Below are positions 1 through 15,036 of a stretch of 64,000 nucleotides of DNA, piece after piece; position 1 is the stretch's first letter; every line of letters starts with the position of its first letter. The stretch lies in NCBI RefSeq assembly GCF_009914755.1, contig NC_060947.1. One strand, given 5' to 3'. This stretch comes from the human T2T-CHM13v2.0 reference genome, Homo sapiens. The notes beneath the pieces were generated by a model, which saw only the letters and a program-made list of their open reading frames with translations, was not told the origin of the DNA and did not search any database. The position numbers were made by a program, and so were the translations under genes.

Positions 1-2122
1 TTTAAAAATAATGACAATACCCTCTTTTCATAATCACGTTTTTTGTTTCCTCTCACAAAATCTTTCAAAAATCAGGTTCAGCAAAGCTTACATAATGGCT
101 TATCACATTAGAATTTAATAGGTTTTATGCACGAACACATACATAGTCAAAGTGGCAAGGAAGACTGTTATTTATAAACTCTCATATTATTTCTGAATTT
201 GTGTTGCTCAAATAATGCTTTGTATATTCATTTTTAAGGAATTTTCCAGAAAAGTCTATGTGATAGAAGTGGTTACATGTACGTGTCTCATTTTAAAAAC
301 TCTGTGAGATGTTTTAGCAAAAGCTATACCAGCTAGAAGGCTCTCCTTGCCTTCTTAATAATTATTCTAAAAGCTGTAACACGTACAAAAGCTCTTGAAT
401 CTTCCCTAAGGACAAACTAATTTTTTATGTCAATCTCAGCTAGGTGGTAATACTGCCATTTTAGCATTTCCATTCTCTAGTGGGATGGGGATGAGGAAAT
501 TACACGCACAGAAGTCTAGGTGTCTGTCATCCTTCACTTAATGGCAGACATCCCTTGAAGGGGGGAATTTTTGAATGAACATCTTTTTAAATGTTAGAAT
601 CACAGATAAAAGACTTTTTTTATGTTTCAGATAAGCAAAGAAAAAGTTGCAATTTTAATTCCAGGAGGAATTCATATTTTCTTGCAACTCAATTTCACAC
701 AGCAATTAATTAACTGATTAGTATGAATAATTAATGCCATATTGTTAGTTTTATTGAAAATGGGGAGTGTAAGAAAAATGAGAGCATTTAGCCTCCAGGA
801 GAGGATGGAAACCTAGAGTGCACAAAGGAGAAGACACTGGTGGCTATTATGGCAAGGACAGTAAAGAGGTGGTTGGATTTTCAAAACTTTCTAATTTTGT
901 TTGAGGTTGCTTTAAGTTCCACAGATCACTGCAAATAGAAGTTCTAACCTGAAGAATGTTGGCATATGACCACAGAAGGCAGCTTATATCTTAATATCGA
1001 TAATAGATGGAGTAAATTAGTGGACCTGGTAAACACTGGGGAGTGGGCAGACTCAACAGTTATAATATGATTATTGTACCTCTCACATCTAGGGGTAGTG
1101 ACAATCATCACCACGATCACAGCAGGCGAATAATATCAATATGCATAGATTAGTATCTCCTGGCTTGGAATACATATATAGTTATGAAACCTCTATCTTA
1201 CATGTACCTTATTTATTCTTTCAAAAGGCCTGAGCTTAAAAATGTGTTTTTCCCCTCCATAATTTCACACTATAATTTAGTACTGGAATACCAATCCTTC
1301 TAGCATATCTAATGAGTTTCCTTGGTCCTTTTTTTTTTTTAACGCTTTTGAACTTCATAAATAATAGTTAAATAAACTTAAGGCATTTGGACAATTTTTT
1401 TCACTTAATGTATTCAAATCCACAGTTGGCACTTCATTTCTTTTCATTTAAAAATAAATCTATCTTGTCTTGATAGGCTTTACATGAATATACACACCTA
1501 ACAATATAAATCAAAACACATATCCAGAATGATGAGATCTGCTTGTTACCTTTATAAGAAATATGTCATTTTTCAGAAATGTCTCAAATCCTCTTTTTTA
1601 TTAAGTCAATATATATTCTTAAGATAATTCATAGCCATACTGTATTTTAATAAGAATTTCCCAAAACGTTTGAATAATGTTTTTCAAGAGGATTTCCATA
1701 TATAGATGAGTAACTCTTTAATATTTTCAAGGGCTTTTTCTTCAGAAGAGAAGTTTCGTGTCAACTATAGCTAATAGGTGATTTTATGTACACAATCTCC
1801 TGTGCATGCTTCTGTGCCTTTTATAGTGACATTTTAATGTTTGGAGGAAAACCTAGAAAATAATAACTATGACAGAATTTTGGCAAATCTTAAAACATAG
1901 TTCTGTAGATAACAGTGCATCTATCTAACATCTGCTCTTTTAGTTACAAAAGTGAAAACCAAAATGTTATTTCTATGAAAATCCAACCAGTCTCCTTTGA
2001 AAGAAAGCTGTGTGCCTTGGGAACAAACTGAGAATCGTAACTTAACCATCAAACCACATCAAAATAATCACAAGCTTCCAAAACTTGTTAGTCTTCTTAA
2101 TTAAAAACAAATAAGGACTTAC

Positions 2123-2304
2123 TTGCTTTGTTTTTCCATGCTAGCTACCCTGAGGCATTCCCATCTTGAATTTAGGAGATTCATCTGCTCTTGTACTTCA
2201 GTTTCTTCATCTTCTGATAATTTTCCTGTTCCAATCAGCTTACTTCCCAATTGTAGAATATTACCAACCCGGCCCTGATGGGCTGTCAAATCCATCATGT
2301 ACCC
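2123..2304 (-). CDS. DMD: Dystrophin exon 11 (182 bp, spectrin repeat 1)
   Basis: Acceptor ctttgtcag|GGGTACATG and donor AAAGCAA|gtaagt; encodes GYMMDLTAHQGRVG...LRVASMEKQS. Confidence 0.98.
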
Positions 2305-2484
2305 CTGACAAAGAAGGAAGTTAACAATTGTAATTAGAACTCTAGGTAAATCGGTGTGGTTTTGAGTTTTATTTGTTTGCAGTTTTAAACTTGTGGCCCA
2401 TTTAGATTTATATTCCCAGTAAAAGGAATTTAATTTGTATTTGCAGAATCCCAAAACCACTTTTAATATGAATTAAGGAAAATT

Positions 2485-2790
2485 ATCTTAAGTCAAGTTC
2501 TTCAGAAGCAGGCCCCGAGATAAGGACTTCAGTGCAAGTGATTTATTAAGGAAGAGCTCCCAGGAAGTTCCGCAAGGGAGTTGAAGATGGAGGAAAAAGG
2601 ACAGGGAAGGGAAAGAAGCCAAACGAGTGTATCATCTCAGGAAAAGTCTCCCACTGAGAGAAGTTAAGCCCAATACCATACATCAACTCAGGAATGTAAG
2701 TAATGCCTCAGCACTGCCTTGACACAAGAGAAAGAAGTTGGGCTTTCGTATTCCTGTTGGCCGATCAGGTAGAAATGCCTTCAATGGTTG
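2485..2790. mobile_element. ERVL solo LTR (LTR33-like) filling most of intron 10
   Basis: cagaagcaggccccgagataaggacttcagtgcaagtgatttattaaggaag...ggacagggaagggaaagaagccaa resembles the LTR33 consensus. Confidence 0.65.
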
Positions 2791-2954
2791 CTCTCCAAAA
2801 GAAAACTTCAAAATCTGACTGTTGGAATCCCAAGCACATCATAGTAACTAAATTTCCAAAATACAAGGATGTAAGAGAGTAATTGAGGAAAAAGGATGAC
2901 TTGCCATTATAACAAGTCATATGTTTTGTTTTGTAAATTAACGTTTTAGTTTAC

Positions 2955-3143
2955 CTCATGAGTATGAAACTGGTCTTTCACCACTTCCACATCATTAGAA
3001 ATCTCTCCTTGTGCTTGCAATGTGTCCTCAGCAGAAAGAAGCCACGATAATACTTCTTCTAAAGCTGTTTGATAACGGTCCAGGTTTACTTCACTCTCCA
3101 TCAATGAACTGCCAAATGACTTGTCTTCAGGAGCTTCCAAATG
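2955..3143 (-). CDS. DMD: Dystrophin exon 10 (189 bp, end of hinge 1 and start of spectrin repeat 1)
   Basis: Acceptor ttgtgcag|CATTTG and donor CATGAG|gtaaac; phase 0/0; encodes HLEAPEDK...DQFHTHE. Confidence 0.98.
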
Positions 3144-3665
3144 CTGCACAATAAAATAAATTGGGTGTTACACAATTAATGTCTTTGCAGATTGTTCCAG
3201 TACATTAAATGATGAATCGAATGAAATATTTAAAATGCTAGGACTGTCCACTGGCATTATCAAACACAGGAACAGCAGATACAGACAATAGGGAGTTTTC
3301 ATTTTAACTTCCTCATGCATACATCAATTTTCAAATAGCGGTCAAAATCCACACCAAATTAATATTGTATTAAAGCTCTTCTAGATTACTGGAAGGAGTA
3401 AATTAGTATATCACCTCATGTTGCTTTTTAAATGCTATAAATATTGATCTGTAGGAACTTTCCTCATTTCTTATTTATAATAACTTACATATACATTATC
3501 AGAATTATATTTACATACCTCTGCAATGGCATTAAAGGAAATATCTCTTCCTGAGAGGCCCTAGGTAATGAAATATTTCCAAATATTTACAGACCAGTAA
3601 AGGCATCAGTAAGAAAACAAGGAGGTAGGGGAAAGGAAGGCAAAATTTAGAAAGAAAAAAAATAC

Positions 3666-4989
3666 CTCACCCACCCATCTAAAATTTCTAACAGCATAAT
3701 GACTTCTGTGATTTAGCCTTTATTTCCAGAAGGCCACGATTTAAATAGTAAGACATTATCTTAGAAGAACTAAAATATGAAGTATGCTTTACCCAATTTA
3801 ATTAGCAGGATATTAAGTGAGAATGCAAATGGTTGTCTTGGAATTTCCGTCTGGACCCTAAAGCCAAGAGCAAAGTGTACGAAGCATCCATAATTCTAAA
3901 GAGAAGATCCAGGGTACCTGTTAAAAAATTGCTAAGAAGTGATCACAAAATTGGTCTCACAACCCTTAATCCAATATCTAGCTTAAAGGTGTGTAAGAGC
4001 AAGCAAGGAGGTCGATTAGAAAAATCTGGTGAGAAAGGCTTCCTCTGGAGAGGCTGGAGCGCTCTGCGTGGCTCTAACTTCTCCCCATCTGAAGCCAAGT
4101 AATAGAGACGGGGTAGTTTACATGAGCTGTAAACCTGGCCATATGTTTGCAGAGATTTGCATGCTATAGGAACCATACACTCAAGTGACAGGAGAGGCTT
4201 CTTGGGATAAACTACATGTCTGCTGCTTTAACCTAAAGGCATTTATCAAGGGCAAAAATTTGAGTAAACTACTAAGTTTGCAGGAGGTTTTGCTTTGGGA
4301 GGAGTGTACTCCTTGCAGGTCGCCGGGCTTCAAAAATCCTGAGAACATGCTCAAGAGGGACTTTGCTGAGGTCAAGGACATAGGCATACTATTTACGGAG
4401 GTGAGCAGAACAAACAAATATTGGAGAAATATTTGTAGAAGAATCTTCTGCATTCCACAAATATTGCAAGCAAGCACGGGGCCCCCTAACAAACAGGGTT
4501 TTGTAAAGGAATCAAAAAGCAGTGTAGAACAACAGAAGCTGTTTGGGGGATTTCATAATCTCACCCAGAGAAAATTCAACCTTTGGTGGCTTTCCCCTGG
4601 TGTGTATGTGCTACATTTCCTGTCCTTCTCAGTTCTGGGAATTAACCCACTAAGCTGCCAGCACCAACTTACTTGTGCTCTTCTGATAAATGCTCAAATT
4701 TTGAAAATTCAATATTTTAAATTTCCCCAACTGTTAAGTCCTTCGAGATGACAAGGCATAGTGGCAGTTATTGCAATGACATTTTCATCAAATGATGCAC
4801 TCTTTTTCCAGTTTCTATAAAAGTGGCAGAGAAAGGTCATCCTGGTAAGTCAAAATCACCGAACTTCATCATATCAAAGAGGGTAAGTGCACTGAAAGGG
4901 CTATTTGCATGGAACCCTTGTCTAACAGTAAGGCAATTTCTGAAGGTCTTAGGGGTTAGAACAACTTCCATGGTGTATCTCTTCCGTCT
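3666..4989 (-). pseudogene. Candidate decayed large coding exon (cassette or alternative first exon) of dystrophin
   Basis: Manual minus-strand translation gives ~440 codons with 6 stops (5 TGA, 1 TAA) and 3 frameshifts. There is a phase-0 tag|AGA acceptor at 4989, ACCATGG at 4974-4968, and candidate donors at 3671 and 3666. It resembles no repeat I recognise. Confidence 0.55.
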
Positions 4990-5067
4990 CTAAATACTAT
5001 TAATAATAACTATCAAAGTCAGCATTAAGGGGGAAAATGATATAAAGGCAGCCTGAGAGATGTGCGC

Positions 5068-5585
5068 AGGTGGAACCAGCTTCACGTTTGTGCAACCTGA
5101 GCAGTTGCACAGGGCCCTGAGCGCAGAAGAAACACATGCCTCTATTATCTGCTGATACTATCCTGAAATTGTAAATAATTTTATTTTTGAATTTGTGTTT
5201 TAGAAGTGAAGTCCTATGTGCAATGAAGGATGCACATGCGCAGAGGAGACAGGTGGTATAATATGTGTATCTGTCCTATTTGCATATAGCATTTTCAATG
5301 CCCTAGAAGCACAGAAGTCTGGTGAGCTCACAGTAAGTTTAGTAAGATTCAAAGAATATGGCGTAAGTGTGTTATGTCTATAACTGAGTAAACAAGGTTG
5401 CTGGCAGCCCTGGGAGATAATGCTTCCTATCTGAACCAGACCCTGCTTCAAATGCAGCAAGAAGGCAATTTTTTCAAGAAAATACAAACGACCAAGAAAC
5501 CCTATCATATCCTTTCCTACTCCTGTTATGTTCCTATATGAACCAACCACTTATGCTGAAATTGATGATATAGAAAGAAAGGGAA
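5068..5585 (+). mobile_element. hAT-Tip100 DNA transposon relic (MER45B-like)
   Basis: Diagnostic stretches gcagttgcacagggccc, tttttgaatttgtgttttagaagtgaagtcc and accctatcatatcctttcc...ccaaccacttatgctgaaattgatga. Confidence 0.7.
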
Positions 5586-5589
5586 TCTT

Positions 5590-5750
5590 GTGACTTTGGG
5601 AGTTACCTAGCCCTGCATAAGCCTTAGTTTCTGCTTCTGTAAAATGGGAACAATAATACTTCCATAATAAGATTGTGGTAAGAATTAAAGAGTGCATAAT
5701 GCACTTCACAGAGTGACCTTGTATAACAACTAAATAAAGTATGTTACGGC
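5590..5750 (+). mobile_element. MIR SINE
   Basis: tgtgactttgg...agtttctgcttctgtaaaatgggaacaataatact...gtggtaagaattaaa matches the MIR core. Confidence 0.7.
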
Positions 5751-7263
5751 TGTAATTATTATCAAATTCCTCTGCATATATAAGAAGTGTTTTGAAGCAT
5801 AAATTGCCCCAAGATTACCTTCTTAAGTCACTGTTCAGGTTTCAGGAGATGGAAAATTATTGTCGAAAATACGCCCCCAAAAATGTGTAAGAGCAAACAT
5901 TATTTAACTCTTTTTGAAATCTGAACCTTAACCTAGCTCGTATTTAAGAGTTCTTAAAAATCATTAACTATCTTGAGTTCAAATAATCTTCTCCAAACGA
6001 AGCATTGTAAACAGCACTAATACTCAAGTAACACAATACTTTACACTGTGCAATTTGAATCAAAATATTAAACACTTTATGATTTATTGATATTTACACA
6101 GGATTGAATTTTGGAAGAAAATATTAAAAGGTGTATACTTATACTCAAGGACATGACATCTAGTACTCAAATTCTGAACCTAAATATTTTGTCTGAGGAT
6201 GTGCATAAAACAAAAACATTTCAAAGACAGCCTTCTTAAAGATAAATTCAAATCTGAATAAGCTATGCAAAATTTTATATTTATATCCATCAATTCAACT
6301 ATATATATACAGAATTATAATCAAAATTTGAATTTAAGATCTGAGTAATTATTTGTCTAGATAGACTATTGTTTTTCAAATTGTAAGTCAGAATCCATTC
6401 ATGGTTCATAAAATCATGTTAGTAGGTTATGACTAGGAATATTTTAAAATTAAACAGAAAAATAGTAGTCTGTGTCACTTATATAATACTAACAATTATT
6501 GTCTCAATTTTTGTTTCAGATGTGCATATGGGTTTATTTTGATATGTATATGTATATATGTTCTAAGGTGAGATTAAACTTTTTTCTGCAGTTTGTAAAA
6601 CAAAATTGGAAATGGCTCTAGAATTTCAGACTAAGCAAACCGACGAAAAAAGAAATTTGCCTGAATTCTACATTTGTATATTTTCCATAGAGACCTTGGA
6701 ATAAAAGACATTTTAAAATAAAACGATGTTTAATCTGAGAATTTGGAAATAAAGATATAAAAAGTGGCTTATGCTTTGTTTCAGCACCCCAAAATATGTT
6801 TTTATCATCACAGAATTTTACATTGTACCTAAGATTGGAGATCACTTCATACATGTCATGGCATCAAATGAAGAGATTTTCTAGGAAAGTTGGTTTTTGT
6901 TCTTTATAGATCTATTTATAAGAAAGATAGACCCCAATCGTTTCATGAATGAAGATGCCAGTATCATCAACTGGAACTAATTATTTTTCCTATGCTTCAA
7001 TCCTATTTTGTCTTTATCACAGTAGTTTATGTTTCTCTTCAGTACATTGGGCAAATAATGATTACGATGAGAGGCATGACAGTGAATGGATGAAACGATT
7101 CTGTTTTTGTTTTTTTTTTTTCCCCCAAAATTGAGTACACTCAAATTTATTCAACGTTATCCACAGACTTCAGAGGCTTAATTACTGCCTGTTAGATTTA
7201 GGAAGTATTAGATATTGTCACCTATGTTCCTTGAAGACATCGCTCATTAAAAAAGGTGGAAGA

Positions 7264-7574
7264 GGCCGGGTGCGGTGGCTCAGACCTGTAATCCCAGCAC
7301 TTTGGGAGGCTGAGGCAGGCGGATCACGAGGTCAGGAGATCGAGACCATCTTCGCTAACATGGTTAAACCCCGTCTCTACTAAAAATACAAAAAATTAGC
7401 CGGGCGCGGTGGCGGCGCCTGTAGTCCCAGTTACTCGGGAGGCTGAGGTAGGAGGAGAAAGGCGTGAACCCGGGAGGCGGAGCTTGCAGTGAGCCGAGAA
7501 AGCGCCACTGCACTCCGGCCTGGGCAAAACAGCAAGACTCCGTCTCTTTTAAAAAAAAAAAAAAAAAAAAAAAA
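7264..7574 (+). mobile_element. AluY-type SINE, full length
   Basis: GGCCGGGTGCGGTGG start, gatcacgaggtcaggagatcgagaccatc, CpG-rich body, poly(A) tail, TSD aaaaggtg(g/a)aaga. Confidence 0.95.
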
Positions 7575-7789
7575 GGTGAAAGAGCAGAAAGGAGAAAGGT
7601 AAAAAAATCAGGGATGATAAATGACTGTTTTAGTCCAGCAATGTCTAGAAAAATCTCTAGACACTCATTTCTGGAGACAATTTCTAGTCATAATTTCTAC
7701 TCGTAGAATTTCTCTGACTAGAAATGGTTCTAATGAAGTATACAGCAATAGCCTTGATACTTCTGAATATATAAATATATTTTAAAATC

Positions 7790-7940
7790 CAGTTTACTAT
7801 CTGTCTGATCTTGGGTATTTAACCTCTCTGCATCTCAGTTACCCCATCTATAAAACAAGAAAAATAAAAATATACGTACGTAAGGCTGCTGGAAAGATTA
7901 GATGAGATAGTGCATATAAAATGCTAAGCACATTCTAGAT
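7790..7940 (+). mobile_element. MIR SINE
   Basis: gatcttgggtatttaacctctctgcatctcagttaccccatctataaaa. Confidence 0.7.
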
Positions 7941-8839
7941 CCCAAGAAATGCTCTGCAATGCCTGTGTTTGGGGGCCAAAGTTCATTGAAATGATAAATG
8001 ATTTTTATGGGGAAACAGGTGAATGAGCTCTGTGTGTTTCTGGAAGCATGATTTGGGCAATTCAAACTGAGATAAGTAATCAAGTGGCTACATGTAGGTA
8101 GTGAAACCAGCAGCCCAGCAAACCACAAAGCTCTTAGAAAAAATAGCTGGGACACTATGAGAGGGCACAGTCTATCACTGAGCAGTTTTATATCACTGAT
8201 AAAATGGATTTTGGCAATTTATCTAAATTCAGCCTTAAAGTATGATACGACTGTTAACCTGGATCAAAAACAGTTTTATTGGTCTTGAATGCATAAATGC
8301 TTCAAGAACATTTGCAAATTTTATCATTCTCAGTTCATTTAAATGTATCATACTTCTTTTTCATGGAGTCTAAGTCAATGCATGGATGGTGAATTTTTTG
8401 GTGTATTCTATAATCTTTTTACCCCTCAGTAAAAGATTATTTCCAAGATAAAGGATTACAGAGGGATAACCAAGCGGTTCTTTCACTAAATAACAGAAGA
8501 GCATTTCTGAACAACCAGGATTAGTACCTGGAAATATTCTTGACACATTTCCGCTGTGTTTTCTCACAGATATAACACGTAAACCAAGGTACTATTCAAA
8601 GCATAAAAATGATTACTGAAGTGATTTATGAGAAATTAATCCATCATGCAACACTGTACATGACATTCAACCTAATGACACTATTAAATAGGTAATTTTT
8701 AATATAGATAGGGCCTGAAATTGAGTTCAAAGTTAAGCCCTAATGAGGATTTAGGAAAAATCATGGCCTGCTGTTAGGGCAACAATCAACAACAAATACA
8801 ACTACTACCGCATATACAACAGCAATAACAACAGCTGCC

Positions 8840-9050
8840 ATTATTTATTGAGTACTTAGTGTCAGTCAATTTGCTAATCACTTAACACGCATTATATCAT
8901 TTTTCACTACAACAGATCAGGGTGATAGAAATTAGTAGGATGAGGAAATGGAAATAGAAAAATTAGATGACTTGCCAAAGGTCACAAAGGTAACTGGTGG
9001 TTCTGGGACTTAAAACCAGGTTGTTTGGATTCCAAAACACGTCTTTATCC
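8840..9050 (-). mobile_element. MIR SINE (hosts the pseudoexon)
   Basis: atttattgagtactta...gatgaggaaatgga...gacttgccaaaggtcaca...aaaaccagg is the reverse complement of the MIR consensus. Confidence 0.75.
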
Positions 9051-9065
9051 CAATATGATCAATCT
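8976..9065 (-). other. Latent 90-nt pseudoexon in intron 9 (MIR-derived, GC donor, in-frame stop)
   Basis: Acceptor tttcttcatttaaag|AGATTG and donor TTTG|gcaagt; codon 7 is TAA. Positions match the deep-intronic variants c.961-5831C>T and c.961-5925A>C as I recall them. Confidence 0.8.
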
Positions 9066-9129
9066 CTTTAAATGAAGAAAATGAATTAAGAGTCTAAGCA
9101 ACAGCACTTTTAAAAAAATATAATATAAC

Positions 9130-9512
<383 letters not shown>

Positions 9513-9689
9513 TAGGAAAATACCTCGTCTTCATTACGTTGCTGAGTAGGAAATCAAATGTCAAGTCTAAATAATGCACGCAAGTCACAGACACTGATAT
9601 CACACTGAGGAAGATACCAGAATACCAGAAAGACAGCAATGGGACACAGCCCAGATGGTAGTACAGACCCGGTAAATCCTCCATTATCC

Positions 9690-9790
9690 ATGATGTCCTT
9701 ATTTCACACTGCATGTCTGTATCAAAACATCTCATGTACCCCATAAATACATACACCTACTACGTAGCCACAAAAATTTAAAACATAATT
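9690..9790 (+). mobile_element. L1MA 3'-end fragment
   Basis: cactgcatgtctgtatcaaaacatctcatgtaccccataaatacatacacctactacgtagccacaaaaattt. Confidence 0.7.
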
Positions 9791-10133
9791 TTAACAGTTT
9801 TTTAAAAACATAAACAGAAAAAGAAGTCAGAAGAAGCTGAGCAAAAAATAAAGCTAACAAATTCTTTCTAAAAGAAGGCATGTGTCAAGTCCACCATTCG
9901 AACTCTGCGCCTTCTGTTAATCCCTATGATTTGCCTTTGATGTTAAATGTCAGCAAATTTAACATTCTTCACTATTGCAGAACCACTCACAGAAATGCTA
10001 CATTGTGCCTCCGATGCTCCAGTTAAGAAGACAAAAATGGGTATCATACGTACACATATGGGGTATTTTAGTTTTTAAAAATCTCATTCTATAGCCTATT
10101 AAACAAAAGGTTCTAGAGCCAAAAACATTAATC

Positions 10134-13967
<3,834 letters not shown>

Positions 13968-14069
13968 AAAAACATTAATCTTAATTCCTACATTAAAAAA
14001 ATGGCTCTGGCAAAGATTGCTCATCCTCCAATATGTATCTTTCTTCACCCTTTATGTAGTATTAGAAAG

Positions 14070-14500
14070 TTTAGGGGACAATTTGGCTATCTAGAAATGT
14101 CACTACAGTTCCCACTTTCCCTTGCAGTTAGATGTGGCATGTAACCAAGTATTGGCCAGTTGGATATAACGCATCCAACTTCGTCATTAAGACGTAAATG
14201 GGCATAGATATGCTCTCTTCTTCGTCCTCCCTCCTGAAGGTCGTGATACACACATGAAGCTGGTGAGCTATCCTCAACCGTGACTACGAAGACAGCGTCC
14301 CAGGGGATGATCGAAAAACTGGGCAACAGGACTATGGATCCCTGAATGAGCAGAGACTTCCTACAAGGCCTCCATCACTCCCATCTACACAACATTTAAG
14401 AGAAGTAAGTCTGAAAGAGAAACAAACTCATTTTTTAGTTCATCCATCCTTGTGTTTTTGTTAGTGCCACGAAACCTACAGCAATCTCATATACTGATAT
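14070..14500 (+). mobile_element. ERVL LTR (LTR16-like)
   Basis: actacagttcccactttcccttgcagttagatgtggcatgtaaccaagtattggccagttggatataa. Confidence 0.6.
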
Positions 14501-14998
14501 ACTCTAATTTTCTAGCAGCTGAGATTTTACTATAAAAATGTATCTGTAAAAGCTTATATGTGAGTTTAAAATAAACTTTCTACTATAAAATCAGATGTCT
14601 CTCTAAAACTCTACTCTGTCTCTCTAAAACATACTCTCAATGAAGGTTCCAGTCATTTTGCTTCATCGTTTTTCAAGTCACATACCTTTAGATATTACAC
14701 TAACCCTTGCATTGTAGGAAGGCGGGGACACTGACCCCGTGCCTAACAGCACAGTACACAGATAATAAATATTTACTAAATTGTTTGGGGTAATTTTAAT
14801 TTCTTATTTAAGGTCATTTGTGCTTCCAATTTCAGGTTTTATATAAAATATGTTTTAACCAATCAATACCTTGAAAATGGAGTAATATGGCATAAAATAT
14901 TCATAGTTTCAAATATATGTCTTCCCAATATTCCTATTCATATTTCATATGTGTTTATACATATATACATATTCACATACATATATAGTATACCAACT

Positions 14999-15002
<4 letters not shown>

Positions 15003-15030
<28 letters not shown>
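15003..15030. repeat. (TG)14 microsatellite
   Basis: Perfect dinucleotide run. Confidence 0.95.

Positions 15031-15036
<6 letters not shown>

Noticed and set aside
2119-2460. ORF-track proteins extending beyond exons 8, 10 and 11
   Set aside because: The extensions are read-through into introns past clear splice sites.
4185-4751. 188-aa plus-strand ORF (and the 89-aa ORF at 3833-4102) as an antisense gene
   Set aside because: Both have non-ATG starts and no recognisable domain, and several stops lie between them. They keep the same offset to the reconstructed minus-strand frame, so they are best read as its antisense shadow. This is not formally excluded without alignments.
4835-4865. GDFDLP peptide resembling the LINE endonuclease GDFN motif
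   Set aside because: No other APE or RT motifs occur at appropriate spacing in the reconstructed frame.
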